A stretch of 35,762 bases of DNA from Bacillota bacterium (GTDB lineage Bacteria > Bacillota > Dehalobacteriia > UBA4068), in the NCBI GenBank assembly GCA_017531315.1, contig JAFXLH010000162.1:1-35762 (forward strand). Reading direction: 5' to 3'. Both the position numbers and the translations under genes were made by a program. Of the stretch, positions 34,540 to 35,762 are shown piece by piece. The notes under the pieces are model-generated. The model worked only from the letters and a program-made list of their open reading frames with translations, ran no database searches and was not told the DNA's origin. Numbering within the stretch: position 1 is the stretch's first letter; every line of letters begins with the position of its first letter.

Positions 34540-35603
34540 GAAAGCTCGTTTTGGAAGACGGCAGCACCTATATCGGCACCGGCTTTGGCAGCGGCGTGGA
34601 TAAAGTCTGCGAGATCGTCTTCAACACCGCCATGATCGGCTATCAGGAAGTTATTTCCAATCCCTCCTGCACCTATGCCGCGGTGGTAATGACTTATCCG
34701 CTGATCGGCAACTACGGTATCGCCGATGAAGACTACGAAACCAAGATCCCTACGCTGGGCGCGCTGATCGTCCGTGATTACAATGATAATCCCTCCAACT
34801 TCCGCTACACCAAGACCCTGTCGGAAGTGATGGAAGAAAACGGCATCCCCGGCATCAGCGGCATCGATACCCGCAAGCTGACCCGCTATATCCGCGATAA
34901 CGGCAGCTGCAAGGTGCTGATCACCGATGCCGACACCCCGCAGGAAGAAGCTATGGCTACGCTGGCTAATACCGAGATCCCGCGCGATGCGGTGGCGCAG
35001 GTCAGCTGCAAGAAGCGCTGGTATTCCCGCACCGCCAATGCCAAATACAATGTCGTGGCCGTAGACTGCGGCATCAAACAAAATATCATCCGCTGCCTCA
35101 ACGACCGCAGCTGCAATGTCACCATCGTGCCTTACACCACCTCTTTTGAAGAGATCGAGCGTATGCATCCGGATGGCGTGGTCATCAGCAACGGCCCCGG
35201 CAATCCGGAGGATGTTCCGCAGGTAGAAACGCTGGTCGGTCAGCTGCGCGGCAAGTACCCGCTGCTGGGCATCAGCCTCGGCCATCTGCTGATCTGCCGC
35301 GCTTACGGCGCCAAGACCTACAAGATGAAGCGCGGCCACAATGGCGGCCACCCGGTCAAGAACGTCATCACCGGCAAGGTCACCGCCACGGCTCAGGGCC
35401 ACGGCTATGCGGTGGATGAAGCCAGCCTCGCCGGCGCCGGCCTCACCCTCACCCATGTGGATGTGCTGGACGGCACCGTGGAAGGCGTCGCCTGCGCTGA
35501 AGACAAAGTTATCTCGCTGCAGTTCCATCCGGAAAGCGCACCTGGCGCTCAGGACTGCATGTTCCTCTTCGATGAATTCATCAAGCTGATGGAGGTGAAA
35601 TAA
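34521..35603 (+). CDS. carA: carbamoyl-phosphate synthase small (glutaminase) subunit
   Basis: 360 aa with the catalytic-Cys context (GISLGHLLI region; see findings) and HPES near the C-terminus. It overlaps the pyrC end by 19 nt. Confidence 0.93.
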   Translation: MDGQKLRKLVLEDGSTYIGTGFGSGVDKVCEIVFNTAMIGYQEVISNPSCTYAAVVMTYPLIGNYGIADEDYETKIPTLGALIVRDYNDNPSNFRYTKTLSEVMEENGIPGISGIDTRKLTRYIRDNGSCKVLITDADTPQEEAMATLANTEIPRDAVAQVSCKKRWYSRTANAKYNVVAVDCGIKQNIIRCLNDRSCNVTIVPYTTSFEEIERMHPDGVVISNGPGNPEDVPQVETLVGQLRGKYPLLGISLGHLLICRAYGAKTYKMKRGHNGGHPVKNVITGKVTATAQGHGYAVDEASLAGAGLTLTHVDVLDGTVEGVACAEDKVISLQFHPESAPGAQDCMFLFDEFIKLMEVK

Positions 35604-35762
35604 ATGCCCAAGAGAAGCGATATCAAAAAGATCCTTGTCATCGGTTCCGGCCCCATCGTTATCGGTCAGGCGGCGGAATTTGACTATGCAGGCACTCAGG
35701 CCTGCCTCGCCCTGAAAGAAGAAGGCTATGAAGTAATTCTCTGCAACTCCAACCCGGCCACC
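35604..35762 (+). CDS. carB: carbamoyl-phosphate synthase large subunit (3' end cut by window edge)
   Basis: The ATG directly follows the carA stop. [34 protein letters not shown] is the canonical CarB N-terminus. Confidence 0.95.
   Translation, partial: MPKRSDIKKILVIGSGPIVIGQAAEFDYAGTQACLALKEEGYEVILCNSNPAT

Noticed and set aside
24917-35528. Antisense ORFs 24917..26542(-), 33277..34434(-) and 34479..35528(-).
   Set aside because: For the same reason: they shadow rnj/tepA, pyrC and carA, and their sequences look like reverse-frame noise.

Overview
This is a gene-dense chromosomal segment of 35.8 kb. Hand-counted samples give roughly 50-68% GC, and all genes but one are on the plus strand. 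It comes from an endospore-lineage Bacillota (Clostridia- or Negativicutes-like); I cannot place it more precisely by eye. The backbone follows the housekeeping and sporulation gene order I recall from Bacillus subtilis: infB, rbfA, truB, ribF, rpsO, pnp, ylxY-like deacetylase, M16 peptidase, ymxH, dpaA, dpaB, asd, dapA, RNase J, tepA, ylzJ, ftsK/spoIIIE. After that come rimO, a CinA-C/PncC gene, a lipoprotein, tRNA-Leu(CAG), a lone minus-strand YbjN-like gene, and pyrC-carA-carB (3' end cut by the window). Blocks that interrupt this backbone are an NrnA-like DHH phosphoesterase, a six-gene acyltransferase plus ABC-importer operon between rpsO and pnp, ktrBA, a DacB-like carboxypeptidase, and dut. 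I found no CRISPR array, transposase, integrase, phage gene, toxin-antitoxin pair or recognisable defence gene, and I see no compelling evidence for a wholly new system. The best candidate for something undescribed is the acyltransferase-ABC operon. Its acyltransferase carries a zinc ribbon and an unassigned C-terminal half. Its importer has two permeases and two ATPases whose substitutions map to one composite ATP site. Other points worth a second look are an in-frame TruB-RibF fusion, start-codon anomalies at ktrB (A6 tract) and dpaA (strong SD with no canonical start), and a terminator hairpin whose loop carries the tepA SD and ATG. Further points are a 142-aa basic extension on RNase J, a pyr-operon attenuator without a recognisable PyrR box, and an 11-bp long-range inverted repeat in the pnp leader. 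The many long antisense ORFs in the track are artefacts of GC-rich coding sequence.
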